Of a DNA stretch of 64,000 bases, positions 50,658 through 63,169 are shown one piece after another (within the stretch, counting starts at the first letter, position 1; every line of letters begins with the position of its first letter). The DNA is taken from the NCBI RefSeq assembly GCF_036321535.1, contig NC_087437.1:114640001-114704000 (forward strand). Direction: 5' to 3'. The position numbers were made by a program, and so were the translations under genes. The notes under the pieces are model-generated. The model saw only the letters and a list, made by a program, of their open reading frames with translations. It did not search any database and was not told the origin of the DNA. The DNA is from Camelus dromedarius. Lineage: Eukaryota.

Positions 50658-52101
50658 GTAATGCAGAGACATTTCTCAGATAGAGGTGCTATTATAATAT
50701 TATAAATACTTACTCTGATTGTGTGTCTTGATTACTGGAGAGCCTTAGTTCAGAAAGGATCTGAGTGGAGTCCTGATTTCCTCCCGAGGCATGGGAATGC
50801 CCTGATGATCTTACTTTTCCTTCATCAGAGATCTAATCTGACATTTTAAAGTCCACGTGCTGAAAGTTGAACTCTTGATGTCAGCAAAGCTTGATATGAG
50901 GCCTGGTAAATTCGAGAAGAAACAATTTGCGTTAAGTTGATACCCAAAAAAGGGGAGGAGTACTTTAAAGACCTCATTTAGAAAAAGGAGAAGTGATTAT
51001 TTTTGGTCCTGTCCTCAGTTTTTTCCCCGTGTTTTCTGCTGGGTGTCTTCTGCTTGGGGTTACTGAGCTGAGTGTCCAGGAGCAGCCGTCTCCGCTATGC
51101 GACGAAGTGAAGCGGGTCCCCAGGCAGCACTTCTCTGCGGGGGAGGGGAAGCTTGGCTGGGCCTCCTTGAGATCCTGCAGGAGCCTGTCCCCAGTGCAGT
51201 CCCAGGCCCCGGGGCGCTGGCTGCTGCGGGGAGCCTCGACATCCTCACGTATCTCAGGAGTTTCACAATAAATAAATTTGGCAACCAGCGGCAAGCTCCT
51301 TGGTTAACAAGTTCACGTTGCGCAGGGAGATAAAAGGAGGGTCATAGTGCCTGGAGTCCCTGGGTCTGAGGTGGAGTTCAGACCAGCTGTTCACCCTTCA
51401 CCACAAGCAGCATTGTAGTTCTTTCTCTAGGCGTTGACGATGAGTCGGTCACATCCCTCCTCGTGGTAACTAACGCATATTGTAACACGAGCAGGCGCCG
51501 GTTACAGTGGCCTCAGTGATGCCTGGGCCTTCCCAGCAGCTGCAGGAGCTGCATCCCCCTTTTATGGATGTCACTCAGGAGGCAGTAAATCAGGGACCAG
51601 GACTGAACCTGGGACCTTTGGCTGTGGCTCAGCTGCGGCCTCGCTCTGTAGCAGCAATCCAGAGTCAGCCTCGTTCCCCGCGAGCCCTGACCTGACAGCT
51701 ACTGAGGATCAGCTGCTGGTGGGTGACCCCTGATGTAGCCCTTTGCGACCTTCTGATGGCTGACTCTGTTACCAACAATGTTGGAGAGGCCGAAGGTTGG
51801 AACCAGACAGGCCCAGAGAGCAGACAGCCTAGTACGAGGCTTTACTTTATAGACGGGGAAACCAGGAGCATCTGACCTGTCAGCAGCAGAGTATCACATC
51901 TCCAGACTCCAGGTTCTTGCCAGAATTCCAAAACTTAGCTTGTGTGTATTACAATTTTAAAAAGACCTAACAGGTCAGGGAGATGGGCCATCTTCCCTTA
52001 TGCTTTCCAACCACCTGGGTCTAAAATGTGCTTATAAACAAACATTTTGCTTTGACCTATTCGTGGTTGGATTTTTTTTTTCTGTTTTTCTTTTTAAATA
52101 G

Positions 52102-52206
52102 GCTCCCAGTAATAGCCTTGCAAGAGAACTTTCCTTCGCTACTGGGTGTGTTAAAGGAGTCTGTGCAGTTGAATCTTGCTCCCCCTGGGTATTTTCTGCT
52201 TCTCAG
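52102..52206 (+). CDS. DOP1B: DOP1B coding exon (approx. exon 25), 105 nt
   Basis: aaatag|G...CTCAG|gtatga; [34 protein letters not shown]. Confidence 0.95.
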
Positions 52207-52304
52207 GTATGATGTCGCAGCACTCACGTTACTGCATTTTTCTGCTGGAACGTACTCTTATTTCTGCAGCATTCTCAAGTCTGAAGCTGCTTGTCTCTCA
52301 ACAG

Positions 52305-52371
52305 CATGCTGAACGACTTTGTAACAAGAACTCCCAACCTGGAGAACAAGAAAGATCAAAAAGACCTGCAG
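52305..52371 (+). CDS. DOP1B: DOP1B coding exon (approx. exon 26), 67 nt
   Basis: caacag|C...CAG|gtctgt; [22 protein letters not shown]. Confidence 0.94.
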
Positions 52372-53814
52372 GTCTGTATGTGCAAGTTTGGCAGATTGTT
52401 ACTGTTCCATTGGCAGAACCAGATCTTAAATTTGCGTTTGTTCCCATGTCTGACTTCCTCCGTTACTGTCTTTTCTGGGCTCAGCAGACTCGGGCCAGGC
52501 TCTCCTGCTGAAGGTTCTCGTGTTAGACTTGAGTGATCCACCGTAGAATTCACAGGGTGCCCTCTCCCACCCTGCTATACGCAAATGTGGGTGGAGCTTA
52601 CTCTTCAGCATAGTTGGAATAGTAAATCTATCTTTATACACAGATTTCTTTCCTTATAACCTCCCCCCACTTTTTAAAGCAATATATACTCATAGGAAAC
52701 TTCAAAAATGCTGAAAAATTAAAGTAAAACTCACCCAGTTGAGAAGGAAAATCTTCTCCATTGAGTAGAATACCAACTAAGAAGCAGAAGTCGTGATGGA
52801 GCTGAAAAATCACTATCTTGCAACCGTTGTAGTCATTGAGTGAGGAGCTTTTTGAGTCAGTCTTTAAACTGAGGGGTGTTGTTTATGGCTTTGGTGATAT
52901 TACTGCTAATTGCTGTGATCCCGGCATTTGTGAAAGGTCTGTCCAATTCTTGATTCCGAACCACCAGTGTTCTGTGTAAAGCCAGTGACTCCTTTGGCTC
53001 AGCTGGTGGAGAAGAAAGCCTTCGCAAGGTGCAGGCGCTGCCCCAGCACTTGGGTACCACTTCCCAAACTAGCCTGGCAAGCACCCCCTTTTATGGCCAG
53101 CTGCCAACCGTGGCCCCTTTCCCTTCAGTCCATCTGGGCGGAGTTTGGCCACAGGCACCACCTCCACCGGTGCAGCTGGTGCACCTTGCCTCTGTCCCCA
53201 TCGGCAGGGGGCCAGGCAGCACCCTACTTCCACCCCGTGGTGTCCCAGCCTCAACAGACTCCTTCCTCCCTTTTCGAGACACCCTAACTTCCTCCCCATC
53301 CACTTACTGCACTTGAAGTGGGAGCTCCGCTAAGTCCTCAACCCCTTTTCTTGATCTTCCTCTCTGCCATCGTCCACATCAGGCCTCTGCCCGGGCTTAC
53401 TGCGGGCACCCTCCGGCTCACCCTCCTTGCCTCTGGCAGGCAGACGTGCTCCTGCTTCATGCCTGGTCACAACTGCTGGGCTCGTGGTGGAAGTCAGGAT
53501 TGTTCTGTTCTCAGACGTCAAGGACGTCCAGCCACTCTGAGCTGGTGATGTTGAGGATACTGACTGGAGAAACCCGCTCAGTGTTTCCACCTCTGACCCA
53601 GCTACTTGACCACGTGATTTCCTGATTATTCTCCTGACACAGATGACGCCTCACCCCACCCTCATGCAGTCAGTTTAATTTATTCAGTTTTGTCTCTTGT
53701 TGTATTACTGCAAGGTACATTGCTAGCAAGAACCCATGGTCCTAAAGAAACCAGAAATCTAATCTGCCAAGTGCGTTGTGCGGCTGTGACTTCCTGTGTC
53801 TGTTTTACCCACAC

Positions 53815-54105
53815 GGGCCATATGGTAGCCGTGGGCCACGTGTGGCTGTTGAGCTCGAAATGTGGCTTGTCTGGGCTGCATGTGCAGGAAGTGTGACATG
53901 CACGTCGGATTTCAAAGACTTAGCACAAAAAAGTGCTGAATCTCACTAATAATTTTTATACTGATTATGTGGTGAGAATATTCTGGACCTACTGGGTTAA
54001 ATGTTATGAACTTGTTCCTTGGAATGTGGCCCCTGGAGAACTTGGTATTACCTATATGGCTCACAGATGTGGCTTGCCTTGTATTTCTATTGGATGGGGC
54101 AGTTT
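53815..54105. mobile_element. MER33/MER3-like hAT-Charlie DNA transposon
   Basis: atggtagccgtgggccacgtgtggctgttgagctcgaaatgtggc...ggatttcaaagacttag...gtatttctattgga. Confidence 0.8.
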
Positions 54106-54167
54106 TGGGCACTTAGGATTCTTGTCCTTAACTAACTCCCTTTCCCCTTCCTCCCGATTCCTCTCAG

Positions 54168-54312
54168 GAAGTCACTCAGAAAATTCTAGAAGCTGTCGGG
54201 AACATTGCTGGCTCTTCCTTGGAACAAACCAGCTGGCTAAGCAGAAACCTGGAAGTGAAGGCCCAGCCTCAGATATCTCTAGAAGAATCTGACGCTGAGG
54301 AAGATTTTCACG
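54168..54312 (+). CDS. DOP1B: DOP1B coding exon (approx. exon 27), 145 nt
   Basis: ctctcag|GAA...CACG|gtaggt; [48 protein letters not shown]. Confidence 0.95.
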
Positions 54313-56199
54313 GTAGGTGTAGATGGGTCAGAAAGTAATGGTGCTGCCAGCTCGTGGGTCTGGTCTGCCTTGAACATAACTGGTTTTACTTCCTACAACA
54401 TGAGTTGTACATATAATAAGCAGTAGGATTCCACTGGAAGTGTCCCAAGTGGCTCATTGCCACCGTGTTAAGCCCTCACTGAACCCAGATGGGGGCCCAA
54501 GAAAGTAACTTCCCAAGATAATTTGCTTGGACTCAGTGATAGAAATCTGTGTGGGGTAAAGAATAGGAGAATGTGTGTTTTTCTTTTTGTGGCTCTGTGG
54601 AAAGAAAACTTAGTAAACCAGCAAGCTGTCATCAGGCACGTGATGTTATGTTTCGTTTCTGGCCAACACACCCCAGCCTCTCGGTGGTCCTGGTGTTCCG
54701 TCATGCCCGGGACATGAGGAGTTTGTAATAGGCATCATGCGGAGTAGGCTCCCCCAGGCTTATTGTTAGTTACAGCTTCCTAGGAAGATGGTCGGGAGAC
54801 CCTCGGAGGGGACGCATCTGTTTACTCCGAGGACCGCTGATCAGCCAGGTACCCTTGAGGAGTCTGGATTAAATGCAGCAGTGTGGGCTGTTCATTGCCA
54901 GAGCCCTAAGGACCCCAGAGGAATCTATCAGTCAAGCCAGTCTCAGGCTATTAGACCTGCTGTGTCAAGGGGGAAGCTTGACAGAGGCACAGGGGTGTCT
55001 CAGTGGGGACATTTGGGGAAGTATTTATAGGGTTGTGGGGCCTTGGCCAAGTTGTTTGTGGCAGATCTTTCAAGGTGGGGACCTGGGTGAGACTGAGTGA
55101 TAAAATAGCTTTGTGAAACCTTTTGGCTCAAGTACGTGAGAAGCCCAGGCATCAATGCCTGGCTTTCGGCATAGCAGGAACCAGGCATTCAGATGAGGTT
55201 TATCAAGTCTCACATGAAGATTCTGGATGGCTCTTCTTGGGCCTGCAGCTGACCCAGGGGAGGGCGGGAAGAGGGCTGGTGCCCCGGAGCCACGAGGAAT
55301 GGACTTCCACCCGGGAAGGGCTGCTCTTCCCAGGAGAAGGAAGGATGCTGTGGTTCCCCCATCCATTACTTCCGCCGCATTCACTTGAGAGCTGGTTTTG
55401 TGGCTTACTTAAGAAAAATAATTACACTTTACTCTGAAATGAAGATCCTACAACTAATGTGCTATCATTTGCTAACTTAAACCAACAGTTATGCTTTCTC
55501 GGGCTGCTGTGGTTATGGTTACAGTTGTGGTTCTAGGGAAAGAGAACATCTCCTTGGCTAATCGGTCTTTAGTTGTTTCTGTCGTGTGTACTGCTGTGTG
55601 AATTACACTGCCGCTCCACCCCCAGTGCGGCTGCGCTGTGTTGAGTCAGGTGGTATAGGGCCTGGCTTTTGTGCAGTAATTGAGTTTAAGCTCCAGGCAA
55701 TACTATTGTAAAATAATTAGCTGATTTTTATTTTAAAAAAGAAATCATAGACTTCCAAAGCTAGAGATGCTTTTGGGCTTCTCAATAAGACTGACTTAGC
55801 AAATTACAGAGTACCAGAAGGGTCTCTGGATCGTAACTGTATTTCGTGTTGGTCTTGAATAAACTGAGCATGCATGTTGGCCATATAAGGCATGAAACAG
55901 GATGAGGCTTCCAATGCTGCGTTTTCCTCCGCTGAGAGTTTTTATGCCGGCAGTGGATGTGCAAGGTCTTCCTGTATCTGTGTGTCTGGCGTGGGCCACG
56001 CCCTGTGTTCTAGGTGCTGGTGCTGCAGCAGCAAACACAGTAAGCGGGGCCTCTGCTCTTGTGGGGCTGGCACGGAAGGTGACAGTCCAAAGTAAAGTAA
56101 CAAAGGTACCTTTCAACTCTTCTGAGAATCCAAAATCACTCCAAAATGAAAGTTTTTTAATGGCCAAAAGAAAAATAAATTACCAAGAGAATTTCAGGT

Positions 56200-58190
56200 G
56201 CTTCTTAGTACTGTGAGGAAAATCAGAGTACTGTTACAGGGGTGACTGGGGTTGGGGGGGTACTGTAGGTGTCCCCAAGGAAGTGACAGTTGTGCTGAGA
56301 AATGAAAGATAAGAGGGCAGCCATGTGAAGACCTGGAGGAGATGGAAAGTCCTTGAGGTGGGAGTGGGCTGAGACCAAGAACCTCAAGACCAGCTTGCCT
56401 GGAGCCTAATGAGCAGTCATCCAAGGTCAGGGGGAGCGGGAGGCTGAAGGCTGTCGGGCGTGATACAGAGTGTGCTTAAGAGCTTGGTTGTCTGCCCACT
56501 GCTGCAGAAACCCATTAAAGTGTTTGGAGCAGTAACAGGATCTTCTTGAGTATTTAGAAAGCATCAGTTTGGCTGCTGGGAGCCATAAGGGCTCTGGCAA
56601 ATGAGAGCAGAAACTGGGAGTCCTTTGCAAGGATTTCGTGGTGCTTTGGGCAAGAGATGATGTTGACCTGGAGGCGGGGGCGATGGAAAAAGGTGGACTG
56701 ATTTAAGTGCAGGGTCAGCAGAACTTGCTGATGGATTGGACGTAGTAGTTACAAAAAAGTAATCAAGGGTGACTTTGGTTTTTGGTTTAAACAATTTATT
56801 GAGGTGGAGAAGACCGAAGCAAGAACATTATGAAGAGGAAACTCAAGGGTGGGTTTGCAAGTGTTAAATTTTGAAATGTCTGGGAAGGTACCAGGAAAGG
56901 TCACTGGGGTAGAGGAAAACCCAAGAGAACATAGAGTTATGGAAACTATGGAGAAGAGAGTGTTTCAAGAAGGTGGGTGGAGGAAACCAGCAGAAGCCTG
57001 CTGAGAAGTGAGATGAGGACAGATTCTGGATTTGACAAGATGGAAATCATTGCGGGTGGGAAGACGTGGTTGGAGTAGGTGGAGGAGAGGATGGCGATGA
57101 GGAAGAGGAGACGATGGATGTTGATAACTTAGTGTCAATAGGATAGTAATGAAGTAGTGCTAAGGGCCAAAGAATATCTTTCACTTGGTTTATTTTTCAG
57201 TTGGTGTATAGCAAAGCATGTTTGTATGGTGATGAAACAGTACATCAGAGAGGAAGAAATTAATACCAAAGAGAGAAAGAATAGTTAGAAAGCGAAGTCT
57301 TAGACAGTCCTAGGGCCAGGATTAATATCATAAATGGAATTACAGTTCTTTGACAGGAGCCAGGAACATGTCTATCAAAACAGGACACATGGTAGAGAAG
57401 ACAGACATAAATGTTCTAGATTAATAGCTCATGGTGGTCAAACTGAGGGAGTTCCTACTGGTTTACATTCATTTTCTCAATGAAATGTGGGGTGAGGTTA
57501 CCAGCTGAGAAGGGACAGGTACTGGTGGTTATCAAGAGGGGAGGTGAAAGAATTATGCTGGAGAGTGGGAAAGCCAGCCTGCCCCGAGGGAATGGGTAGG
57601 GTTATCTAGTAACATCAGGCCCTTTTTGAGATTCAGCGTCATGAGGTCAAGTGAGATCTGTTTCATAGTGGTTTGGTTTCTTCCAGAGCATTTAGCTACG
57701 CTGAACTCCATGGGCAATTGTTGGGTTTAGCCAGCTTTGCGTTTTCCTAGGTGAGTGCTTCAGTGGGAGAGAGAAGCAAAATGAGTTGAGGATGTTTGAA
57801 GGTGGACAATAGACCGTGCGTGTGGGTGGGGTGGGGGAGGAATGAAGACTTGAGGGAGTCAGTGGGTTGTTAAGGTGGTGAACTCAAGAGCTTAGAGGCC
57901 TGTACAAGGATTCAGGAAATTGTCAGAGCAGGGTTCAAGGAGTAAGTGAGCAGGAAAGATAAGATGTGGTTACAGTAGGATGCTGGAAATGGAGGCTTTG
58001 GGAATCGGTGAGGTCAAGGGTGCGATGATGACAGTGGGTGGCTGAGCTGGAGCAAAATAAAAGATGGTCGGAAGGGAAAAGGTTAAGGGGCCCAGAGGCC
58101 AGGGTGTTAGACGAATCGTCCAAGGGGTTGTTGAAGTTCCAAGAATGATGATGAGAAGTGGGGAGGAAGACAGCGAGTTGGTGCTCATTT
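56200..58190 (-). mobile_element. Long degraded L2 LINE including an endonuclease-region remnant
   Basis: Purine-rich antisense L2 motifs; minus ORF 57935-58258 contains FNNPLDDSSNTLAS...SATHCHHRTLDL resembling the L2 APE domain. Confidence 0.75.
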
Positions 58191-58250
58191 ATTTGAGCAC
58201 AGTACTGAGATGCTTCGTTGCTGAAAGTGAAGACATTAACAGAGAGGAAC

Positions 58251-58303
58251 ACTTCCATACATAATCAGTACTTCCATAATATGTACTTCCATACATAATC
58301 AGT
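58251..58303. repeat. Short tandem triplication of ACTTCCATACATAATCAGT (middle copy degenerate)
   Basis: Copies at 58251-58269, 58270-58284 (shorter) and 58285-58303. Confidence 0.85.
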
Positions 58304-58389
58304 GTGAACGGTGGGGTTCATGACTCACGTTCATGTGATGTCTCAGGGGCAGAAATGATGAAAACACAGATGCCTCTTTCTATCAGCAG

Positions 58390-58472
58390 GTGCCGCTGCC
58401 GCCGCTTCAGCGATGGTGTCCGCGTCCGCCCCTTCAGTGTACAGTGTGCAAGCCCTCTCCCTCCTGGCAGAG
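58390..58472 (+). CDS. DOP1B: DOP1B coding exon (approx. exon 28), 83 nt (86 nt if the upstream CAG is used, start 58387)
   Basis: atcagcag|GT...GAG|gtaaat; AAAAASAMVSASAPSVYSVQALSLLAE. Confidence 0.92.
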
Positions 58473-58704
58473 GTAAATACACATCTGACTTGTCACCCCT
58501 TACGGAGGTAAGTCTCTGCAAAGGCGTTCATTCTCAGGTGCAGGGCGCACTGGCTGCACCGTCCCAGGTGAGCGCGTAGGTCAGTCTTGGCCTCCCACTG
58601 CACCGTGGAGTTTTCTCGTTAGGCTGTAGATACCCTGAGGACTGAATTTTGTACTGCCGCTGGCTTGAGGAGATTTCTGTTTTCTGGCCATCCTTCCCTT
58701 TTAG

Positions 58705-58814
58705 GTTCTGGCAACTCTCCTGGACATGGTTTATCGAAGCGATGAGAAAGAGAAGGCAGTGCCGTTGATCTCGCGTCTGCTTTACTACGTTTTCCCGTAC
58801 TTGCGCAACCACAG
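58705..58814 (+). CDS. DOP1B: DOP1B coding exon (approx. exon 29), 110 nt
   Basis: ttttag|GTT...CACAG|gtagct; [36 protein letters not shown]. Confidence 0.95.
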
Positions 58815-58937
58815 GTAGCTCTGCCTTCTCCGGGGTACGCCGCCCACATGTGGAAAGAGAGATTATGGGAAATGCATCCAGCGCGTTTCCTCGCACAGCC
58901 TCTGACCTTGACCCTTTCCCCTTCGCACCCCATTCAG

Positions 58938-59084
58938 CGCCTACAACGCCCCCAGCTTCCGGGCCGGAGCCCAGCTGCTGAGTTCTCTGAGCGGTTATGC
59001 CTATACGAAACGGGCCTGGAAAAAAGAAGTCCTGGATTTATTCTTGGACCCTGCCTTCTTTCAGATGGACACTTCTTGTGTGCA
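58938..59084 (+). CDS. DOP1B: DOP1B coding exon (approx. exon 30), 147 nt
   Basis: cattcag|C...GTGCA|gtaaga; [48 protein letters not shown]. Confidence 0.95.
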
Positions 59085-60077
59085 GTAAGAAATGCTGTCC
59101 TGATAAAAACGTGCCCTGCATCGTTGGAAAAGTGTGTGGGGTTTCTGTAATCAGTTCTCACACCCGAAATGGGAGCAGAGCTAGCCTCAACCCAAGTCAT
59201 AGGCCATCACTCGCATGTTAACTGTGTAGTCCTGGGAGAGGAGTCCAAGCTTTAATGCCTCGTTTTTCTAGTCAAGAGGAGAGTTTCAAATAAGAGCATA
59301 TTATCCCTAAAGAGCATGATCTGGAGTTCCAGTTGTCCTCAGTCTAGAACTACTTTATCTTGTAATCACAAATACTTGACCAATGTTAAGATGACAGGGC
59401 CTACTGGTGACACTGCCATGCCCTTATCCCACTTCTTGGCTTATGCTCCTTGAGTCCTGACTGAGTCCTTGTGGCTGGCCAGGCTCTGCACGGGCAGCGG
59501 AAATCCAGGCTGTTACAGCTGCAAGACGAATTTCCTGTGCCTTTTTCTTGGGAGGTCAACAAAACTATGTGTAACTCTGCCCCTGGCTTGTCTGAACACT
59601 CCTGTATTCATGGCAGGATAGAAGGTGGAGACTGGTCAGCTTTTCTGTACAGCCTGAGAGTTTGCCTACCACCCCCAGAGCCCACGGCTCTCACCCTGTG
59701 ATGCTGTTGCCCTGGCGGGGAGCCCATTGAAAACTAGTGGTCTTTGTCTCCACGACCCCTGCTTCTTTCCATCCACACAAGTGCATGGACATCACCTGTG
59801 TGAACATATTTAAGGGCAGCCCTTGCAAAAGCCAAAATACCTTGACACTTGGTGTTTTCTGTTGTGGTGAGCTCTGTCATTCATTCCCTAGGTTAAGGTT
59901 ATAAATGAAAAGTCTTTTCTTAGCTTTTCCTTATATAAAAACTATTCATTCGTTTCACTAACTTTTCAGAAAGCAGTTTTTAATAGATCTTATAGGAACA
60001 TCTTCTTTACTTGAAGCTTTTAATCAGACTGTCACCTTTTGCATATTTAACTAATTTTGCTTTTATTTAATATCCAG

Positions 60078-60139
60078 TTGGAAGTCCATTATTGACCATC
60101 TTCTGACTCATGAGAAAACAATGTTTAAAGATTTAATGA
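60078..60139 (+). CDS. DOP1B: DOP1B coding exon (approx. exon 31), 62 nt
   Basis: atccag|T...ATGA|gtaagt; [20 protein letters not shown]. Confidence 0.95.
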
Positions 60140-60653
60140 GTAAGTTCTTCTGTGTTACGTGCACATAAGTCACACTTTGAAGGACCGATGCTTTTGGCCA
60201 TAGCTTTTGCTGCGCATTTCAGATCCCTGCTCACACCTTTTACGATGCCGTCTCAGCCGCAGGCTGCAATATGATGTACGTGATTTGCCAGCAGTAAATT
60301 GATGCGCCTTCCTAGTTCCAGTCTGTTGGCAAGAATGCCTTTAACAACATTTTCTACAGTGTCATGGTGGAGAAATGCTTTGGAAAAGTAATGATAAGTT
60401 GACCATAATTTGTTAGGAGTTCTTTCCTGAACCTTATATCCTTTTCAAATACCAAATCATTAAGTGTTATGAAAGTAGTAAGTCCTTTTATAAATGTGAA
60501 TATCTGAATAATAATAACTATATGCCCTTACTCCATCAAGATTGTGATTTTTCACCAGGGAAGGTAGGAATTACACCAGTACAAATTTCCAGTCACTTAC
60601 CTCTCATTGTAGTTTTCTCACTAAAGGGAACGTGTTTGCTCTATTTCTTCTAG

Positions 60654-60782
60654 ACATGCAGAGCAGTTCTTTAAAACTGTTCTCCAGTTTTGAGCAGAAA
60701 GCCATGCTGCTAAAGCGCCAGGCTTTTGCTGTCTTCAGTGGAGAGCTTGATCAGTACCACCTTTACCTTCCTCTGATCCAAG
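60654..60782 (+). CDS. DOP1B: DOP1B coding exon (approx. exon 32), 129 nt; last exon seen in the window
   Basis: ttctag|AC...CAAG|gtaaga; [42 protein letters not shown]. Confidence 0.95.
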
Positions 60783-60971
60783 GTAAGAAGGCCAGCCCCT
60801 CCCCCCTGGCCCACCCCCGACACACACACAGGCCCAGAGGGGATGAGAAGGCTGGCCCACAGCGTGTTTTGGCAGAATGGTTGGATGTAAAATGAGGAGT
60901 CAGCAGGTGTGAATGTAGAACTTAGGAAATATATCGGTAAATCTGAAACTTCATGTTAAAAATCAGTTATT

Positions 60972-61119
60972 GCGGGGGAAGTGTATAGCTCAGGTGGTAG
61001 AGTTCATGCTTAACATGCTTAACATGCTTAACATTCAATCCCCAGTACCTCCATCAAAAAAAAAAAAATTAAATAAGTAAACCTGATTAATTCCCCTGCC
61101 TCCCCAAAAAGAAACTTTA
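60972..61119 (+). mobile_element. Camelid tRNA-derived SINE (Vic-1 type)
   Basis: gggggaagtgtatagctcaggtggtagag...ttcaatccccagtacctccatc, A-rich tail, aaacctgattaattcccc; TSD AAAAATCAGTTATT at 60958-60971 and 61120-61133. Confidence 0.9.
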
Positions 61120-61639
61120 AAAAATCAGTTATTATATATAAGGCCATTAGTTTCTATAGGTAGTTATTTAAAGTCTGGGATTTGATACAACATTGTAAAC
61201 TGACTATACTTCAGTAAATATATATGTATCCAAAAACAATGTCTAGCACTGCTTCTCCTCAATTCCTCCAGCAGCCCAGACACTTTGAGTTTTCAATACT
61301 GAGTGAGGCTGGTGAAGGAGCAGGATTTTGGAGAAGTATCTCACTTTTCCTTGGCAGCCTTTTCTCTTCTTCATACTCATGTTATTCCTTGTCTGCTTCA
61401 AAAAGGAATGATTGTGGATAATGGTACATGATTTTGGAGGTTTTTTTTTTCCTCCTGATAAAATGTTGAGAGGGCAGAGTGAACATTGTGTTTTAATTCT
61501 CAAATAGGAATGTGTTTTCCTTAAGACTCATAGCCTGAATGGAATATAATAAACAAATAATCTTTCAAGATTTGTATTAAATATCATAAAGACTAGTGTA
61601 AGAGATAGTTTTAAAAATATTAGAATTACGGTATAAATC

Positions 61640-62080
61640 CTTTTTGGGGGGTCAGTTTATTAAGGTATAATTTATATACAGTAAAAATCACCTTTCTGGT
61701 TTATACAGTTCTGTGAATTTTGATAAACACATATAGTCATATAACCACCACTGCAGTCAAAGTACAGAACATTTCCATCACCCCAGAAAGTTCCCTTTTG
61801 CCCCTCGGAAGTCAGCTCCTCCCATGACCCCCTGACCCCGTCAATCACTAAATCTGATTTTGTTTGTATAGTTTCATCTTTCCCAGAATGTCCTATACAT
61901 GTGATTAGACGGTGTGTAGCCTTTGAGCCTGGCTTCTTTGACTTGCATGATGTATTTGAGAGTTGTTCTTTTGTATTATCAATAGCTTATTCCTTTTTAT
62001 TACCACTTATTTGTAGTATTCCGTTGTGTGGTCTGTTTACCAGTTCACCAATGGAAGGGTATTCAGGTTGTTTCCACACA
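61640..62080 (-). mobile_element. Old L1M 3'UTR fragment
   Basis: tttattaaggtataatttatatacagtaaaa...gtacagaacatttccatcaccccagaaagttccc. Confidence 0.8.
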
Positions 62081-63169
62081 GAATTATGTCACAGATCTCT
62101 TACCCTGCTCTCTTAAAAACTGTAACTGACAGTTTACAAATCACTTGCCTCTGTATTGTCATTGTCCCCAGGATTGTTGATAGGCCCAGCCACTGAGGTC
62201 CTGGGGTGACAGAATTCAGAGTGTTCTCTGTCAGTCTTGGGATGTTGGCCCCATAGAGCAATGACGCCCAAGTCAAGGGAGCAGATGCATCCAGAAGCTT
62301 ATAAGTTGCACACCCTCGTAAATAGTTCAGGCCTAATCAGAAGAGGCAGGAATGGGGAACGTCTGCCATTTCTCCTCTGGGATTCCATCTAGGGTCCTTT
62401 TCCCCTGATTGACAACGCCATCAAGTGGCCCCAAGGAGGTCAATCGATGAGCACAGGGTGAGGAAGTGAGCAGCTCCGTACACCTTGCCTTATAGTGACA
62501 AAGATTTTACATTGATCCCAAAAGAAGCTGTAAATAAGGTTAAAGCAGTTATTACTTTTTTAAAGGAGTGGGAGGACAACAAAATGCTGCTTGTCTAGGA
62601 TGAAAGGAGGACAGGTATCACTGCCCCCCCAACAAAGGCCCCTGATGAGGGGATCAGAAAGGTCTAGAGGCAGCGCTCTGTTCCCTTTAAGCTGGATGAG
62701 TGTAGCTCATTCCAGCTCCACTGGGGTACTTGCCATCTTTTATGTCTTCCTCATTGTCCTTGTATTAGCTCCATTTTTACATCAGGATTCTGATCCTCAG
62801 AGAGATTAGTACCTGCCCCTCTGGCTCCCAGCGATAGGCTGTGGTCCTCAGTAGGTGCCCTTCGAGACAAGTGGAGCAAGGGGACGACTCTAGTTCTACA
62901 GGTGGGAAGCAGACTCGGTGAGATTGAGCGGCCAGCCTAAGCGAGGTTCCACAACCTTGACGGTGGTACGTGGATGCTGGCTCAGGGCTTTTCCAGCTCT
63001 GTGCTCACAAGGACTCCTCAAGCCTGTAAGGTTTATCACTCAGCTAAGAAAGGAATATTAGAGATTGAGGAAAACTAGAGCTTCTAAAATAGATCGTCTT
63101 AGCTGAAGAATGATCTCATGAAGTTAGCTTTTATTTGAAGCATCAATATAAAATATGCCCTATGTGTGC

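Larger units (their letters stand above)
6448..60782 (+). other. DOP1B: DOP1B (DOPEY2) gene, internal portion: 30 coding exons, 5' and 3' ends outside window
   Basis: Spliced exons translate to [41 protein letters not shown] (Dopey N-terminal domain) ... [10 protein letters not shown], collinear with recalled human DOP1B; all GT-AG; phases chain to 6022 nt. Confidence 0.97.

Noticed and set aside
54125..54136. TCCTTAAC, the U12-type branch consensus, upstream of the exon at 54168
   Set aside because: The intron donor is GTCTGT, not GTATCCTT, and the motif is about 35 nt from the AG. The overlapping ACTAAC is an ordinary U2 branch site.
54760..55120. Possible old LTR fragment, and another at about 62120-62700
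   Set aside because: No clear termini or TSD and I cannot name the family, so it is not reported as a feature
58251..58303. Repeat-spacer-repeat pattern resembling a CRISPR array
   Set aside because: Eukaryotic intron; the apparent spacer is a degenerate copy of the repeat, so this is a simple tandem duplication
60972..61050. tRNA gene (TAGCTCAG...GGTAGAG...TTCAATCCC)
   Set aside because: The A-rich tail and TSD mark it as a SINE, and the anticodon/T-arm region is disrupted
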